Shown piece by piece: positions 37,945 through 51,499 of a stretch of 64,000 nt of DNA (its first letter is position 1; each line of letters starts with the position of its first letter). This DNA is from Octopus bimaculoides (Eukaryota): the NCBI RefSeq assembly GCF_001194135.2, contig NC_068986.1:102025638-102089637 (forward strand), read 5' to 3'. The notes under the pieces are model-generated. The model had not been told where the DNA came from, made no database searches, and worked only from the letters and a program-made list of their open reading frames with translations. The position numbers and the translations under genes are program-made.

Positions 37945-40332
37945 TATATAAGCATATAAAGTTTGCGGTGGCTAAATTCCTCGCCATTATAATTTTGTCG
38001 AATACACAGTATAGTAGGGCCAGTTGGGCACCACCTCTGAGAAAAACAGCACGATGAAGCAATTCAATCTACCGGAAATGTGGAAACGACATGCTGTATA
38101 ACTTGGCTTTCGCTCCGGAAGCTCTAGTACGCTCACATATATGCATATATGTGTTTTATGTATGGGCACACGTATGTGTGTGTTTATGTAAGAATGAGTG
38201 TATGTTTGTCATTAAACACGCCATACTTAAATATATTTATAACAATGTATTTCCTGTGTGTACGCTTATTCTTATTTATACATCTGTTTTTGTATATTTC
38301 CTGTTGCCATAACTTTTCTCAAATTACACAAGATTGCTAGTATGTTTTTCATTATTTAAAAGAACAAACATAGCTGCTGAACACACACGAGAATATGATT
38401 TATTTCAATAAAGAGCATGTCGTTATAGAAAACCCACTGTGTGAAGGTATGCAGCAATGTTAAAATAACCAATATCCCCTGTATTTATAAATCGAATATG
38501 CGTAATTCTAAAGACATATTTAAGAGAAAGAATACTTTGTCAACGCATCTCATCTGTCTGGGGAAAATAAACTTAAAACTCAAAGATGAATGATTCTGGA
38601 AACCCTGAAATATATTATACAGTATGTTGTCAAAATGTAGACTGGATTGAAATCAGATACTTTTGAAATTTCCCCACAGATAGACCTCGAATGTACTTAC
38701 CACGTATAGATTACCTTTCAATAGGCAGATATTTTATACAGTTTAAAGGTAATTTACGTTCAATCCGGCTAGTAATGAGATATATTGAATTATATATTGA
38801 AATAAAATTTCAGTTATGTAATAACAGCAATTCTATATTGAAAATTCTAACAAGCTAACATAGGAAATCTATGGTTGTAGTTAAAACGCCAAAAGCTAAG
38901 ATTTTCACCCTTGGAAAATCGCCTTATAGAGGTATTGTGTTGAAAAATTCAATATGATTTAAAGCTAGATGAAAAGAAATCGACCCAGAAGTAACTGAGA
39001 GGCGATACACAGTTCGCAGTTGTGCGTCTTCTCGATGCTATGTGCTCAGGTCAGTTCCGAAACCAAATCGAATTAGCTAATCTCACTTATATACGAAGAG
39101 TTTATAAATTATGTATCGGTATAAAATGGTGCCGTGAAAACTAGAACGACGAAATACGTTGGTGATCCATCTAGAATTCTGGGGGAGATTTCGTTTCACC
39201 TGGCTCTGAAGAATAATGTGCATTTCATATAACACATCGATAAAAGGGATTTTTCCAGTACAAAAGTCGCAGCGTCTTGCCTTTCAACAACACACACGAA
39301 TTAAATTTGTTGTTTGGAGAGAGGTATTACTATAAAGGTGCCCCCCCCACCTGTACATAGTCGGAAAATGATTTTGCTTCTCTTGCTCGATTACCTACAA
39401 GCGTATATATTATAATCTATTCCTATATAATTTACACAGAAGATAAAGTTTCCAGTTGATTGGTTGGGTCTCTTTGTTAGACATAATCGTTGTAAATCGT
39501 TATATGTCATCAAACACAAAGCCAAGCTGCAAGCCGTTTCAAACACAAACTTCGCATATCGATTCATGCGCTGTTAGAAGAAGGATGTGGCAAACATTTC
39601 ATCTTTCATAGGACTTCATATGGTTGACAAACTCAAAGTTACGAATGCGTTTCCAGTTACAGGTTTTACTCCTTCAATGTTTAATGTTCTCACTGAAGTT
39701 CTGTTAAAACCCTCCCCAACGCCACGAAGCCAGTACTTTAAGTTTTCATGCAGAAGGCGATTCTCTTAAAACTTTTACAACCTCCCGTTATACGCTTTCT
39801 CCACTTAGCTCCTTCCAAAATTAGTTCTTCCCAACCTCTTTAGATTGAATCACAGTTTTAACAAGTTCATTTTTATATGTGATTTGTATCACTTTTGTAG
39901 TTTGTGGTGAGGATGCTTTCCAGTGCACTACATCATGTGAGGTGTCTTTTTTCTCCTATCCTTGTTTACGACGGCTGCAAGCTAGATGACACGTCGGAGC
40001 GAAATGTTAATTTTACAAATAGTCGCTGTTCGTGCCTGTAGAGCGTATCTTCAGCTTACAGCTGTTGCTAACATCATAATTCAATTTTGCTTCACATCGA
40101 ATATGTCATTCAATATGAAGCACCTTGCACAATTTGAAATTTCTTTTATATTCATTACATAAGCTAACTCTAGGGACGTTTATAGTGCAATGTACATCGG
40201 TCGTAGTATCTAGGCGCTGATATGCATTTCGACGGTAACATTTTGAAATTACAACTTTAATCTTACATATGATATTAAGAAACATCTGTTCCTGATTAGA
40301 TTGTCAACGATTCACTCATTCAAAATAATGCT

Positions 40333-40518
40333 TTCAAATTTTGGCGCAAGGCGAATGAATGCTGGAGTGGGAGGTTAGTCGATTACCTCTTTGCTCGACT
40401 GGTTTATTTTATCGAACAGGAAATGATGAAATGCAAAGTTGACCCCGGGCGTAATTTCAATTCAGATCGTAAAAACGGACGAAATGCTGTTAAGAATTTT
40501 GTCCGGCATGCTAACGAT
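40333..40518 (-). mobile_element. SINE-like repeat family D, partial
   Basis: Reverse complement aligns with 54847-55060 (GTCAACTTTGCATTTCATC...ATAAAATAA...CCTTGCGCCAAAATTTGAA). Confidence 0.7.
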
Positions 40519-42050
40519 AAACTGATTTATAATAGTATTGTGATAGCTATTGTAGGCAACACATTACTGAAGATTAAGATATTGTATTTAATTTTGTAAC
40601 TGATAGCTGACAATTTACATTTAATATTCCCAATTTCCGTTCATACCGAGTGTTGGTTGCGATGTCAAACTATAAGCTAAAACAACAAACAAATCAAACA
40701 ATCTAGCAATAAGTATTATCTCCTAACATTGTAATAGAATACAAAAACAAAATAATCGGCAAGTGAGAGTTGTATAGGAGTATAGCTAATTGGATATTTT
40801 ACAACATCCATTAATTTAACACTGGAAAATTTCTCTATAATTGCTTTTAATTTACGTAGCAAATTTACATTCTCCGGTCCGCTAAATATTGAAACATACC
40901 TAATTCTCACGTAATGCATAGAAATGACTCACTAAATAGTTTGAATTACAAAATGACATCTCTGACCTGCATTTGTTTTTCTTATTTTCTAAAGCCATCA
41001 GCATTTTATTCTATTAAATTCATGTATGGACATTTCATTATCATCACCAATTTTTTTGCAAGTAAAATAACAGCGACAAGTTCATAAAAGATCAGAATTA
41101 TGGATCTTCATGATAATTTTGAAATATAAATAGCTGTTTCTAAATAATTATTTCCACTTCTCAGAAATGTCATTTTAATGAATTAAATTCGATGAAAAAC
41201 CAGATGCAATATTTTATCGCGTATCAACAATTGCAGTTCAATTATAGAAGCAATTGAGGAAATATGAAATTAAAATTGATACTTTATTTTTATTTTTTAA
41301 TATTGATTTTCGTTCTTTTTCTTCTTTTTTTTTTTGTTCTTGCAGTACAAATTTCGATTTTTTTTCCGGCTGGCTTTACACCAAATCATAATTATAGAAT
41401 CATTGCTATTCATATTTATAAAATGATTTGTAAGATTTTTGGAGCTTTAAAAAACGAATATCTGAGGTGTATACTCCGGGGTTTGAAAACGATAAACCTA
41501 TGAATATATAAGTTGAACACTGCATGCCATTCGAAACTATGAGAATTATGTGTCGTTCTAGTGAGATATAGGTAATGCCGTTGTAATTCTGTTGGGGGTT
41601 TAGGCTTAAGTTGGTCATGGTGAACAACGACTAAAGTGAAAAAATCTTCAAGAAGACAACACGGGCATGATGATATTATTTTCTGTATTAGTATTCAATG
41701 GAATCCATTATGTAACGAGTTCTTTTTAAATATTCCAGCCTACAATTTCTCTGGATTTGCCAGTGGATAATCAAATGACTGGTCGTTCCTCCATATTGTG
41801 TGTAGTTAATCTGTAAATGACATTTTACGGTTATACGTAAAAGTGAGGGAGAGATGTGCAACGGAGTGGTAGTTATTGTACTTTGTTTTCAATTCAGGTT
41901 TTTCTTTTTGCTGAAATATTTACTTAATCCATATGTATGTACTCCAGAGTAAGTACATAAATGTGAAACAAGGTGGGTAAAGATAGAACTCGAATACCGG
42001 CGGTAGAGAATACATTATTAGTAAAACTGCAAAATTATCATGAACATCAC

Positions 42051-42228
42051 AAAATCTGCTACTCAGAGTTTCACGTTCCCATCCATCAGACAGTTTTGGT
42101 TGAGAATGGAACAAATTTGAAGTTATATATTACCTTAATTTTAAGGTTACATATAGCCTTAATTTTGTTCCCTTCTCAATCAAAACTGTCCTATAAACAG
42201 GAGCGTGAAACTCTGAGTAGCATTTTTT
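42051..42228. mobile_element. Foldback (~68-bp inverted arms) built from a hammerhead-bearing repeat
   Basis: 42051-42118 is the approximate reverse complement of 42161-42228; each arm carries AAAACTGT-core-ACGGGAACGT-like stem II-GAAACTCTGAGTA. Confidence 0.75.
42052..42097 (-). ncRNA. Type I hammerhead-ribozyme-like motif
   Basis: AAAACUGU-CUGAUGG-AUGGGAACGU-GAAA-CUC-U-GAG-UA-GCAGAUUU: stems I, II and III all pair, GUA triplet; one core change (A9G). Confidence 0.7.
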
Positions 42229-42468
42229 GGTGTTGTTTTTACAGCTTTAAAAATAAAGTATAAATGTATGTGTATAAAGCATATATGTATATATGTATGT
42301 ATCTATGTATGTATATATGCAGGTATGCATGTATATATATANNNNNNNNNNNNNNNNNNNNNNNNNNNNNNNNNNNNNNNNNNNNNNNNNNNNNNNNNNN
42401 NNNNNNNNNNNNNNNNNNNNNNNNNNNNNNNNNNNNNNNNNNTATATATGTCTGTGCGCGTGCATATG

Positions 42469-42503
<35 letters not shown>

Positions 42504-42911
42504 GAACAGAATATATTATATCATTATCACCTTATATTATACTTTATATATATTGAATCAACTCTGTGCGAAAAATACCTTCTCTGCCTGTAATCACTGT
42601 CACGCTGCAGTACAGCGTGTCAGGTGAATCTGCAGTTCTTCCACATCGTCTGTTCGTCTCAGATACACACTAATGATTAGGGGTTGGTCCCAAACGTGCA
42701 AATACATGGCTTCGAACTCTTCTGCATGGAAAACAGCGTTAACGCCCTATAAGCAGAATGCATTTGCTACCCAGAGATATTCACAAGGTGCCCTTCATGC
42801 TATATCATGGTATTCGATAAAGAAGATTCTGTTTGATTATATTTACACATTGATGTACTGCAATTTCTCTAAATATGAAATAATAAAAAAAATTTAGTAT
42901 ATACACAAACA

Positions 42912-43268
42912 GGAGTAGGAGTGGCTGAGTGGTAAGTAGCTTGCTTACCAACCACATAGTTCCAGGTTCAGTCCCACTGCGCGGCACCTTGGGCAAGTGC
43001 CTTTTACTATAGCCTTAGGCCGACCAAAATATATATCTGTGTGTGTATGTTTGTGTGTCTGTGTCTGTCCCCTAACATCGCTTGACAACCGATGCTGGTG
43101 TGTTTACGTCCTTGTAACTTAGCGGTTCGGCAAAAGAGATCGATAGAATAAGTACTAGGCTTAGAAAGAGTAAGTCCTGGGGTCAATTTGCTCGACTAAA
43201 GGGGGTGCTCCAGCATGGCCAAAGTCAAATGACTGAAACAAATAAAAGAGTGAACGAGTAAAAGAGTT
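42912..43268 (+). mobile_element. SINE family A, low divergence, central deletion
   Basis: GGAGTGGCTGAGTGGTAAG (A box), GGTTCAGTCCC (B box-like), CCTTGGGCAAGTG motif and intact 3' tail; the GTGGATTTGGTAGACG segment is missing. Confidence 0.92.
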
Positions 43269-44139
43269 AACAAGATTGTAGCACACAAGATTGTGTACTG
43301 TATTTCGTACTAATAACACGGATGACTCTCAAAGCTGAATGTAAGTTTTACGAAATATTGCTTTTTCTCCTGTTCTGTATAAATATTTTTTGGCAAATAC
43401 AAAACAAAAAAAACGAAACAACATATATCGTGTAATCTGCGAGTTACTACGGGTGGCTTCGAGACGTCTAGTGTAGAAGCCCAGCAACGAGTTTTCTCGT
43501 ACGAAATACTTAGTGTTTCTGTGTTCAAGCATTCAACACAGAGATAGGCACTGTCACGTCACAAATTATTGAACTCTCTGGACTGGACTGGCACCTACAA
43601 GCGGACTGAGAGTTTTATCTATATTGTTCAGTACGTGCTGAATCAGTCAGCAGGTATTTGCTGGTGGGATGATGCGACTTAACTCACGAGAGACTGTTAT
43701 ACAGAATCAACTATTTTTAGTGACAAAAGAAGATATTGAATGTCCAATGAAATATTGAGTCATCAATCTATCCGACGAATCCTGCCAAGTATACCTTGCC
43801 TGATGACATCAGAATCTTTTTACACTTAAGATAAAAATGTAAGCCTCTACAGGCAGCAAAAAATTTTGCCGCTATTGTACTATGAGGCCAAAGTCCAGGT
43901 TTTTTACTTTTTGTTGTTGTTGTATATCCTTTATTATAGCCAATAATCTTGGTGTATACTTAGAGTTTAGGATCCCGAATAGAAGCAGTTGAATTGGTTT
44001 TCCTATGATTGGCTACTAAAGTAACGTGATATCGTGAGACTCTCGGAAATCAAACACTCACTCAATTGAAAACGCAATTCCGCATTAACAGGATATAACT
44101 CTGGGACTGGAGAATAAATCGCTGGTACCTATTCTTGTT

Positions 44140-44315
44140 GTTGCTCTTATCATTGGTATTATTATTGTTATTAGTTTTGTTATTAGTATTATTGATATTG
44201 TTGTTGTTGTTGTCGCTGTTGTTGTCATCGACATCATCGTCGTCGTCGCGATCAACTTCATCATCATCATCATCCTCATCGTCATCATCATCATCATCAT
44301 TATCTTCATCATCAT
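44140..44315. repeat. Degenerate compound trinucleotide tract (TTG/TTA/TCG/TCA)
   Basis: Direct reading; source of the spurious poly-D/N ORF 44062-44463. Confidence 0.9.
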
Positions 44316-47095
44316 CTGGTGGGTACTCAACTTTGAGTGTGTTTGTGTGGAATAATTGTGATTGCGCAAATGTGAAAACTTGAATGAATGCACTATGAGT
44401 GTACAAATGTGTTTTATTACATACAATTGATTTCAATGTGTGAATACACACGTGCGCACACATATATGATTACTGAGCTCTGCATATGTACATATAAAAT
44501 ATACATTTGCATGTATATCCATACATGCATCTATATATGTATATATATATATATGTTTGTGGGTATAAATGTCTACATGTATGTATGTGTGGATGTATGT
44601 ATGCATGTATACATATTAAATTGTCACATATTTGCATTTCTAAGTATTTTCAAAGTAACTCATGAATTTTTAAGCCATAAATTCTTTGCGTCTATGCAGA
44701 TACACTATTTTTCGTTTCCTTTATTGTTTCGCCTTTGAACTAAAGTACATCAACTGATATTCAGTTGTGTACCATCAATACTTTATTTTTAATATAATTT
44801 AATGTGGACCTAACAATATCATATAAATATTTAAACCATATTTCAAGAATTTTTCTTTTTTCCTGTAAACGTTAACGGTTTAGCTTCTTATTCTTCTGCG
44901 ATAAGTAAGCCCCATTGCATATTTCTATACATATTTGACAGCAAAGAAAATTCCCCTTGTGGTTTATTCTTTTATACAGCAGTAAGTATTCATTTGCTTC
45001 TTCAGAAATTCAAACAATTATTCATATATCGGCATATTTCTCGCAGATTCATGATTATATGTAGAAAGCTGCATCGTCATTTACGGTCAAAATGCATCGA
45101 TATAATTTCACTAACTTCAATGTGCATGGTTGAATATTGCTAAATCAATTTGATATTATATGCAGCACTCATATTCAAAATCTCCTGTTAACGCTCACGT
45201 AAATATTCAATCTTCTGGGTATCTGCGTTTGATCTAACCATATTAAATATAATGAAAAATACACCTTTCATATATTGTGCTATGTAATATATCATATAAC
45301 AATCTCAGATATTCTACTGGTAAAATAATTGACTTTGCAGTCTTCATACATTCAAAAGCACGACGAACGAGTCAGCATTTGCGTTTACTCAAATCTAACT
45401 TTTAATCAAGAGCAAATGATCAGTGAATATACATTTCCTTTACATATACATATACATACACACACTCATACGCATATATATATATATAAGGATTGGAGAA
45501 AACGCATGTTATAATTGCATACTTTATTCCTACATATGTTTCAAAGGATAACAACCTGTGTGACCCATAGGGATCTTTGATATTAAAATTGTAACCTTCT
45601 CATCAGGGAAAGCATGGGGATCATCTTAAACGTAAGACATTATGACCGATTATCTATCAGAAGAATTTTTATTCATTAAGATAGAACAAATACACATAAT
45701 TATATATATATATANNNNNNNNNNNNNNNNNNNNNNNNNNNNNNNNNNNNNNNNNNNNNNNNNNNNNNNNNNNNNNNNNNNNNNNNNNNNNNNNNNNNNN
45801 NNNNNNNNNNNNNNNNNNNNNNNNNNNNNNNNNNNNNNNNNNNNNNNNNNNNNNNNNNNNNNNNNNNNNNNNNNNNNNNNNNNNNNNNNNNNNNNNNNNN
45901 NNNNNNNNNNNNNNNNNNNNNNNNNNNNNNNNNNNNNNNNNNNNNNNNNNNNNNNNNNNNNNNNNNNNNNNNNNNNNNNNNNNNNNNNNNNNNNNNNNNN
46001 NNNNNNNNNNNNNNNNNNNNNNNNNNNNNNNNNNNNNNNNNNNNNNNNNNNNNNNNNNNNNNNNNNNNNNNNNNNNNNNNNNNNNNNNNNNNNNNNNNNN
46101 NNNNNNNNNNNNNNNNNNNNNNNNNNNNNNNNNNNNNNNNNNNNNNNNNNNNNNNNNNNNNNNNNNNNNNNNNNNNNNNNNNNNNNNNNNNNNNNNNNNN
46201 NNNNNNNNNNNNNNNNNNNNNNNNNNNNNNNNNNNNNNNATATAACTACTTCGTACCTTTCAAGTTCGTGCCTCACAGCGTTCATACACACATAATTTTT
46301 CTCGTCTGGCCGTAAAGCCTTTTCTCTTTGTTTTCCTGTCTTGTTTTTTGTCCGCCACTACATTTCTCCATGGCAAGATTTAATTTGTTTCTACAAATTT
46401 AATTTGCGGTCCATGGGAAGAGCCGTTTTAACGATGCATCCTGCCCAGCTCTTCGAAACGCCGGTGTTAAAACGGGGGTAGCTGATGAAGTAGAATGTTC
46501 TCTATGTGGCTTGTGTGTTTTCTCGTCTACGTTTTGTTTGCAATGTCCTGTACCCAGATATGCACCTATACATCAGATTCGTTATGCTTTGTACTTTAGA
46601 TTTCTTTAAAACGTAGGGACGAACTTTAGAAATGGCTCACTGCTCTTTTAGCAAGAACAATCATCTTCTAGGTTTCAGAAAATATTGGTGACTTTAACAT
46701 TTCCGAGAAGGCGAGAAGGCCGTACTGATTTATACTTTTTTTCAAATTTTTCAGAACCACCATTAAAACTTTATTTCACAGTTGTAGTTCTCATCAATCA
46801 CATTGTGTCACGATTTTTGCCTGTTGGTATTAAATGTTGTTGCCTTTCTTTCTTAAACCTAGTAACGTAGACCGGTTTCTGAACTGGCATAATGGCCTAA
46901 CCTTCCTAAGCACGCGTTAGCATGATAGTCAGACCCAAGCCCTCGTGTGGAAGTCTGCCCTGCAAGTGATTCGTTATTCGCTGAAATCATAGCAACCATC
47001 AGTGTGAAAATAATTTCTTTTCTTTCTTACACCTAGAAACGTGACTAATATTTTCGTCACAATGTGTTTTCGTTACATCAATTCAAACCCCAATG

Positions 47096-47250
47096 AATTC
47101 CTCTCAACATATAGCTATGGTGCTTCTCCACTACACCTACTCTTGATCAGAGATGAACTTATTGTAAGTCACAAAGGTACATGCTTGAGTGATTAAGATC
47201 AAGCAACTGACAAGCAAATCTGTGGTATTGAGCAGAATATTTGCTATAGC
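47096..47250 (+). mobile_element. Interspersed repeat fragment (family E)
   Basis: Aligns with 58214-58365 (AATTCCTCTCAAC...CAACTGACAAGCAAATCTGTGGTATTGAGCAGAATA). Confidence 0.75.
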
Positions 47251-47868
47251 GATAATTCTCTTTCAGCAACTCTGTCTGAAATATTACTGAAATAGATTAG
47301 TTTCAAAACATTGATAGCCAGTTCACAAAACTAAAGTGTGAAAGGAATAGGACGTCATTTCCTTTCATCTCTAGATAGAAGCAATTAATTTATAACACTT
47401 ACTAACTAATGACAAAAAAATAATAAGATATTATATTTACAGAGTGCAATGAATCTGTTTCAACAGTAAATTATCAATTAAATTTTGCTATGAATATCAG
47501 GTGAAGTTTTACTCATTACATAATTTTTAGGTTGTATTACAACTTCAGGAGTAGTAACTATGTTAGTGTATTTCACATTTTGACAATGGAGTTTAGCTGT
47601 TATTGCAACTGCATGGTCTTAGCTCATTCATCTTCTTCACTAATTGTGTTGTACGAAATTACCGCATGGGGATTTCTTAAAAATCGGTAACGGCACGTTT
47701 CTTTTTTCTTTCCGTTTACCAGATGTTGGAGGGAAAAACAAGAAAAATCAATGGTAATCTTTTAATTATTTTTAACATAACCAAAATATTTGTGGTGGTT
47801 GTCATGCAAAAGTTTAATTTCTAACACTAGAAAAGTCACAATCAACAAGTTTGAGATAGTGAATACAA

Positions 47869-47980
47869 AGGTTGGTCACGAGTAGTACATTTTATTCTTC
47901 AATTATTTGTTAGGGTATTTGCTAACTTAATAATATGAGGAAAGCAGTTCGGAATATATATATATATATCACTACAATTG
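47869..47980 (+). repeat. Copy 1 of a near-perfect dispersed duplication
   Basis: Identical to 49818-49925 except for two extra AT units. Confidence 0.97.
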
Positions 47981-48759
47981 CTATCTATCATTCGGGCACT
48001 ATTATTTTGAATTCTGGTCGTAAAGTTCCGTATCTAAATACCGCAAAACATCTAATTTGAATTCTGAAAAACCACCATCTTAATGACTTCCTTAGTATTA
48101 ATACCGTTTTCTAATACGGCTACAATAAAATACGTTTGGGGATTTTTTTGTGAATTACGGATGATTGTATTTACAGCATTGCTACAAAAATTAACTTTGT
48201 ATCATTTATCATTTCTACATAGATAGGATTCCTAACTCGAGACGTTACGAAATAGAGCGAGTGAAACTCCATAGTGAAACTCTTTGGGCAATAGTTGTTC
48301 CCATCGTAAAAATAAGTATTGACTACGTTTACGTGCGTTAGTGCCTTAGACAATAACAAACAGTTTTCATTGGTCAAATTGCCTTTTCTTTTAATCCACT
48401 GTTTGCCACAATTTCAAATATCAAGTTGACATTTGAATCTTCTTAAAGTGGCATTTTCCTTTTTTTTTCTACATTTAACAATACAATTTGTTTTATATCT
48501 CTTTATCTCTCTATTCAAGAAAACTTGTGAACATAAGGTTCAATACTGATGGAGTTTGGATATTACAATTTTTTGTAACTATTTGATGTTGATCGCTGTT
48601 AAATCATTCATGGTGTGTAGAGATACAAAATTGAAGGTTGATGAGCCTCTAAAAAGTGTATGTCTTCGATTTGTCTTGTAGCTGTGTGGTGCAAAATTCT
48701 CATATGATATAAACATAATGACAAATATTAGCTTTAAGCAGCAAAATGAAATGATGTTA

Positions 48760-48761
<2 letters not shown>

Positions 48762-48853
<92 letters not shown>

Positions 48854-48884
48854 CATCATCATCATCATCATCATCATCATCATT

Positions 48885-48974
<90 letters not shown>

Positions 48975-48993
48975 TAGTAGTAGTAGTAGTAGT
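48762..48993. repeat. Compound (ATT)n(AGT)n(ATC)n(AGC)n(AGT)n microsatellite
   Basis: Direct reading; one 3-nt register except a 1-nt slip near 48975. Confidence 0.97.
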
Positions 48994-49817
48994 ATATATA
49001 TGCATATATGTAAATATATATATATATATATATATGTGTGTATAGAGTTACAGGCTGTGGAAAGGAACTTTTTTCTCAAATACATTGATTCAAATTCAAT
49101 CCTACAAGGTCACACCTTCAACAGTTTATTTTCACCATAGCCCCGGTTTGCCCAACCCTTTTGAGAGGATTTGTTAGACTGAAATTGAAAAGAAACCCAT
49201 TGTGTATCTCACAGAAGGCATTTTACATGACATTTTTATCTAATATCAATCTTGAAACTTCTTAAGTTAAAATCTCTCGAGCATTACATATGAATGTGTC
49301 ACCACGTTCTTATCAAATCCAACACGCTCTTTCCTTGTTCTTTTGGCAGTAATTCTTAATACTATACTTGCTTCACTGACTTACTCTCGGGGGAATACCT
49401 ATCAGATAATTTCTGCCTAATAATAACCGATATAAATGTTGGTTGGTTGAGAGCTTCATCACTCCATGCACAGTTTGCATTGCATGGTGTGAGAGAGAGA
49501 GAGAGAGAGAGAGAAAGAATGAAAGAGAGCTACGGAGACAGTCAAAATTAAGACGTTACAAGCAATGAGTAATGAACGCTATACAAGGCTACACTAGCAA
49601 GCAGACACACATACATACACACGCACACACATGCACATACAAACACACACACACACATTCACAATACACACTCATACATAGATTGACAGTGAGAAACCCA
49701 TAAGTAAAGAAGAGATGAGGGGATAAATGAGAGAGTTGTAAGCTCTAGCTGAAAAATGAGTCTGTAATATTCAATACTCATTGCTCTGGATAGTTCCCCT
49801 GTGTATGCTTTTTGAAT

Positions 49818-49925
49818 AGGTTGGTCACGAGTAGTACATTTTATTCTTCAATTATTTGTTAGGGTATTTGCTAACTTAATAATATGAGGAAAGCAGTTCG
49901 GAATATATATATATCACTACAATTG
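49818..49925 (+). repeat. Copy 2 of the near-perfect dispersed duplication
   Basis: Identical to 47869-47980 apart from (AT)6 vs (AT)8. Confidence 0.97.
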
Positions 49926-51019
49926 TTGCAATAAAATTAATGCGCTAGAGAGTTACCAATCATATCACCAGTTAAAATGGAAATATACGTTTGACGCTAT
50001 AATTTATTCGTTATTAAATTACTCCATGTACCAAAAGTATATTTGCATGCGTCAGATGACAATTCAGTCTTATAAATATTATCCAATTATATTGCACCAT
50101 ACACAAGTGCTTAGGCCTGTGTTTATTTTAATATTGATTAACGTGTAGAATAAAATGCATTTTGGTTGAAACGCAATATTATTTTTAAAGAATGGCACAC
50201 AAACATGCTATAAGACTAACTAGCCTCTCTACTAGTATTCCTACAAATTTATATTTGTACTGACATTTTGTTTTTCATTTGAATCACTTAGAATTTTTCA
50301 TCGCATTTTCAAAGTGTAAGAGGAGAAAATGTTTTACTGCACTGAGACGTAGCAGGGCAATATAAGAAATATTTATGATTGGATAGTTTTAAGTGTTAAT
50401 AAGGAACGATAAATTAATCCAACCGAGCAAGGCTATGTAATATGCGCTAGAAGGTCTTCAAACAAATATCACTGAACATGCTTTGGGGAAACAAAAGCAA
50501 AATGATTCTAAATTATTGGTAACTAGAGAGAACAAACACAGCACTATGTGATCAATGACTGCTTCACTTATCGCTGTTCAGTTTTCCCGGAATTTGAAAA
50601 ACGGTATGCGTAATTTTTGCATATTTTCCAATTACAAACAAAATTGATTTATATTCATAATTTAATACTTCATTACTGTTATATCTAACAAGTTCATGCA
50701 GACCGATATACAAAATGCTCCTGGTTAATCTGCCACATTAAAACAGTCTCTATTGGACATATATTTCCTTTGGAGAAGGCAGACTGAAACATCTACAGAA
50801 ACGTATATCTCTCTCACTGCTATCAATCTTTATTTCACACAGAATCTGTCTCCCTGTATACAAACAATTCTACAAAACACTCACACATGCACACATACGC
50901 ACACATTGTAGTGATGAATAAACATCCTCGTATCTACCATCTTTATGTCTCTCACTTTAATCAAATATAGTATACATACATACATGCATACATACAAACA
51001 TACACACACACACACACGC

Positions 51020-51050
<31 letters not shown>

Positions 51051-51106
51051 CGTGTGTGTGTGTGTGTGCGTGTGTATGTATGTATATGTGAATGTATATA
51101 TATATA

Positions 51107-51149
<43 letters not shown>

Positions 51150-51190
51150 ATGTGTGTGTACTTTATTTAAAAACACCGGAAATATAACAA

Positions 51191-51228
51191 AAAACTGTTA
51201 CTCGGAGTTTCACGTTCCCGTTCATCAC
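51191..51228 (-). ncRNA. Truncated hammerhead-like motif, same family as 42052-42097
   Basis: GUGAUGA-ACG-GGAA-CGU-GAAA-CUC-C-GAG-UA-ACAGUUUU; perfect stems II and III, but the 5' strand of stem I and C3 are lost. Confidence 0.6.
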
Positions 51229-51499
51229 GTTATCCATTCTAGTGTCTTTAGAAATGTATCGTCCCAAGATCTATGTCGGCATATTAACATGCCTTCACGC
51301 TTCTCGAGGGACAGATGATATCATTTTCACTCTCCGTCTGCTACGAGAGAAATGCAACGAGCAAAACAATGCTTGGTAACATTGATTGGTTGATTTTATC
51401 AGATATTTTATCACAGTTAATAACAAAGCACTTTGGCTGGTGCTCAAGGAATTTAGCCGTCCTCAAAATGTTGTGAATAGAAGCAGAGTTCTCTATTAG

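Noticed and set aside
39587-39769. GLHMVDKLKVTNAFP resemblance to the eIF3h/MPN motif
   Set aside because: Similarity is limited to ~15 residues and the flanks do not match; likely coincidence.
40010-40060. Minus-strand CUGAAGA...GAAC hammerhead-like string
   Set aside because: Too degenerate; stems unsupported.
42663-42787. + strand exon candidate YTLMIRGWSQTCKYMASNSS...
   Set aside because: Good acceptor but weak donors, and its phase does not fit the neighbouring candidates; left unresolved.
46290-46600. Repeat-like block with GAAGAGC/GCTCTTC stem, GAAAC and a downstream CTGATGA
   Set aside because: Core elements are in the wrong order for a type I hammerhead; probably a TE terminus but unclassifiable here.
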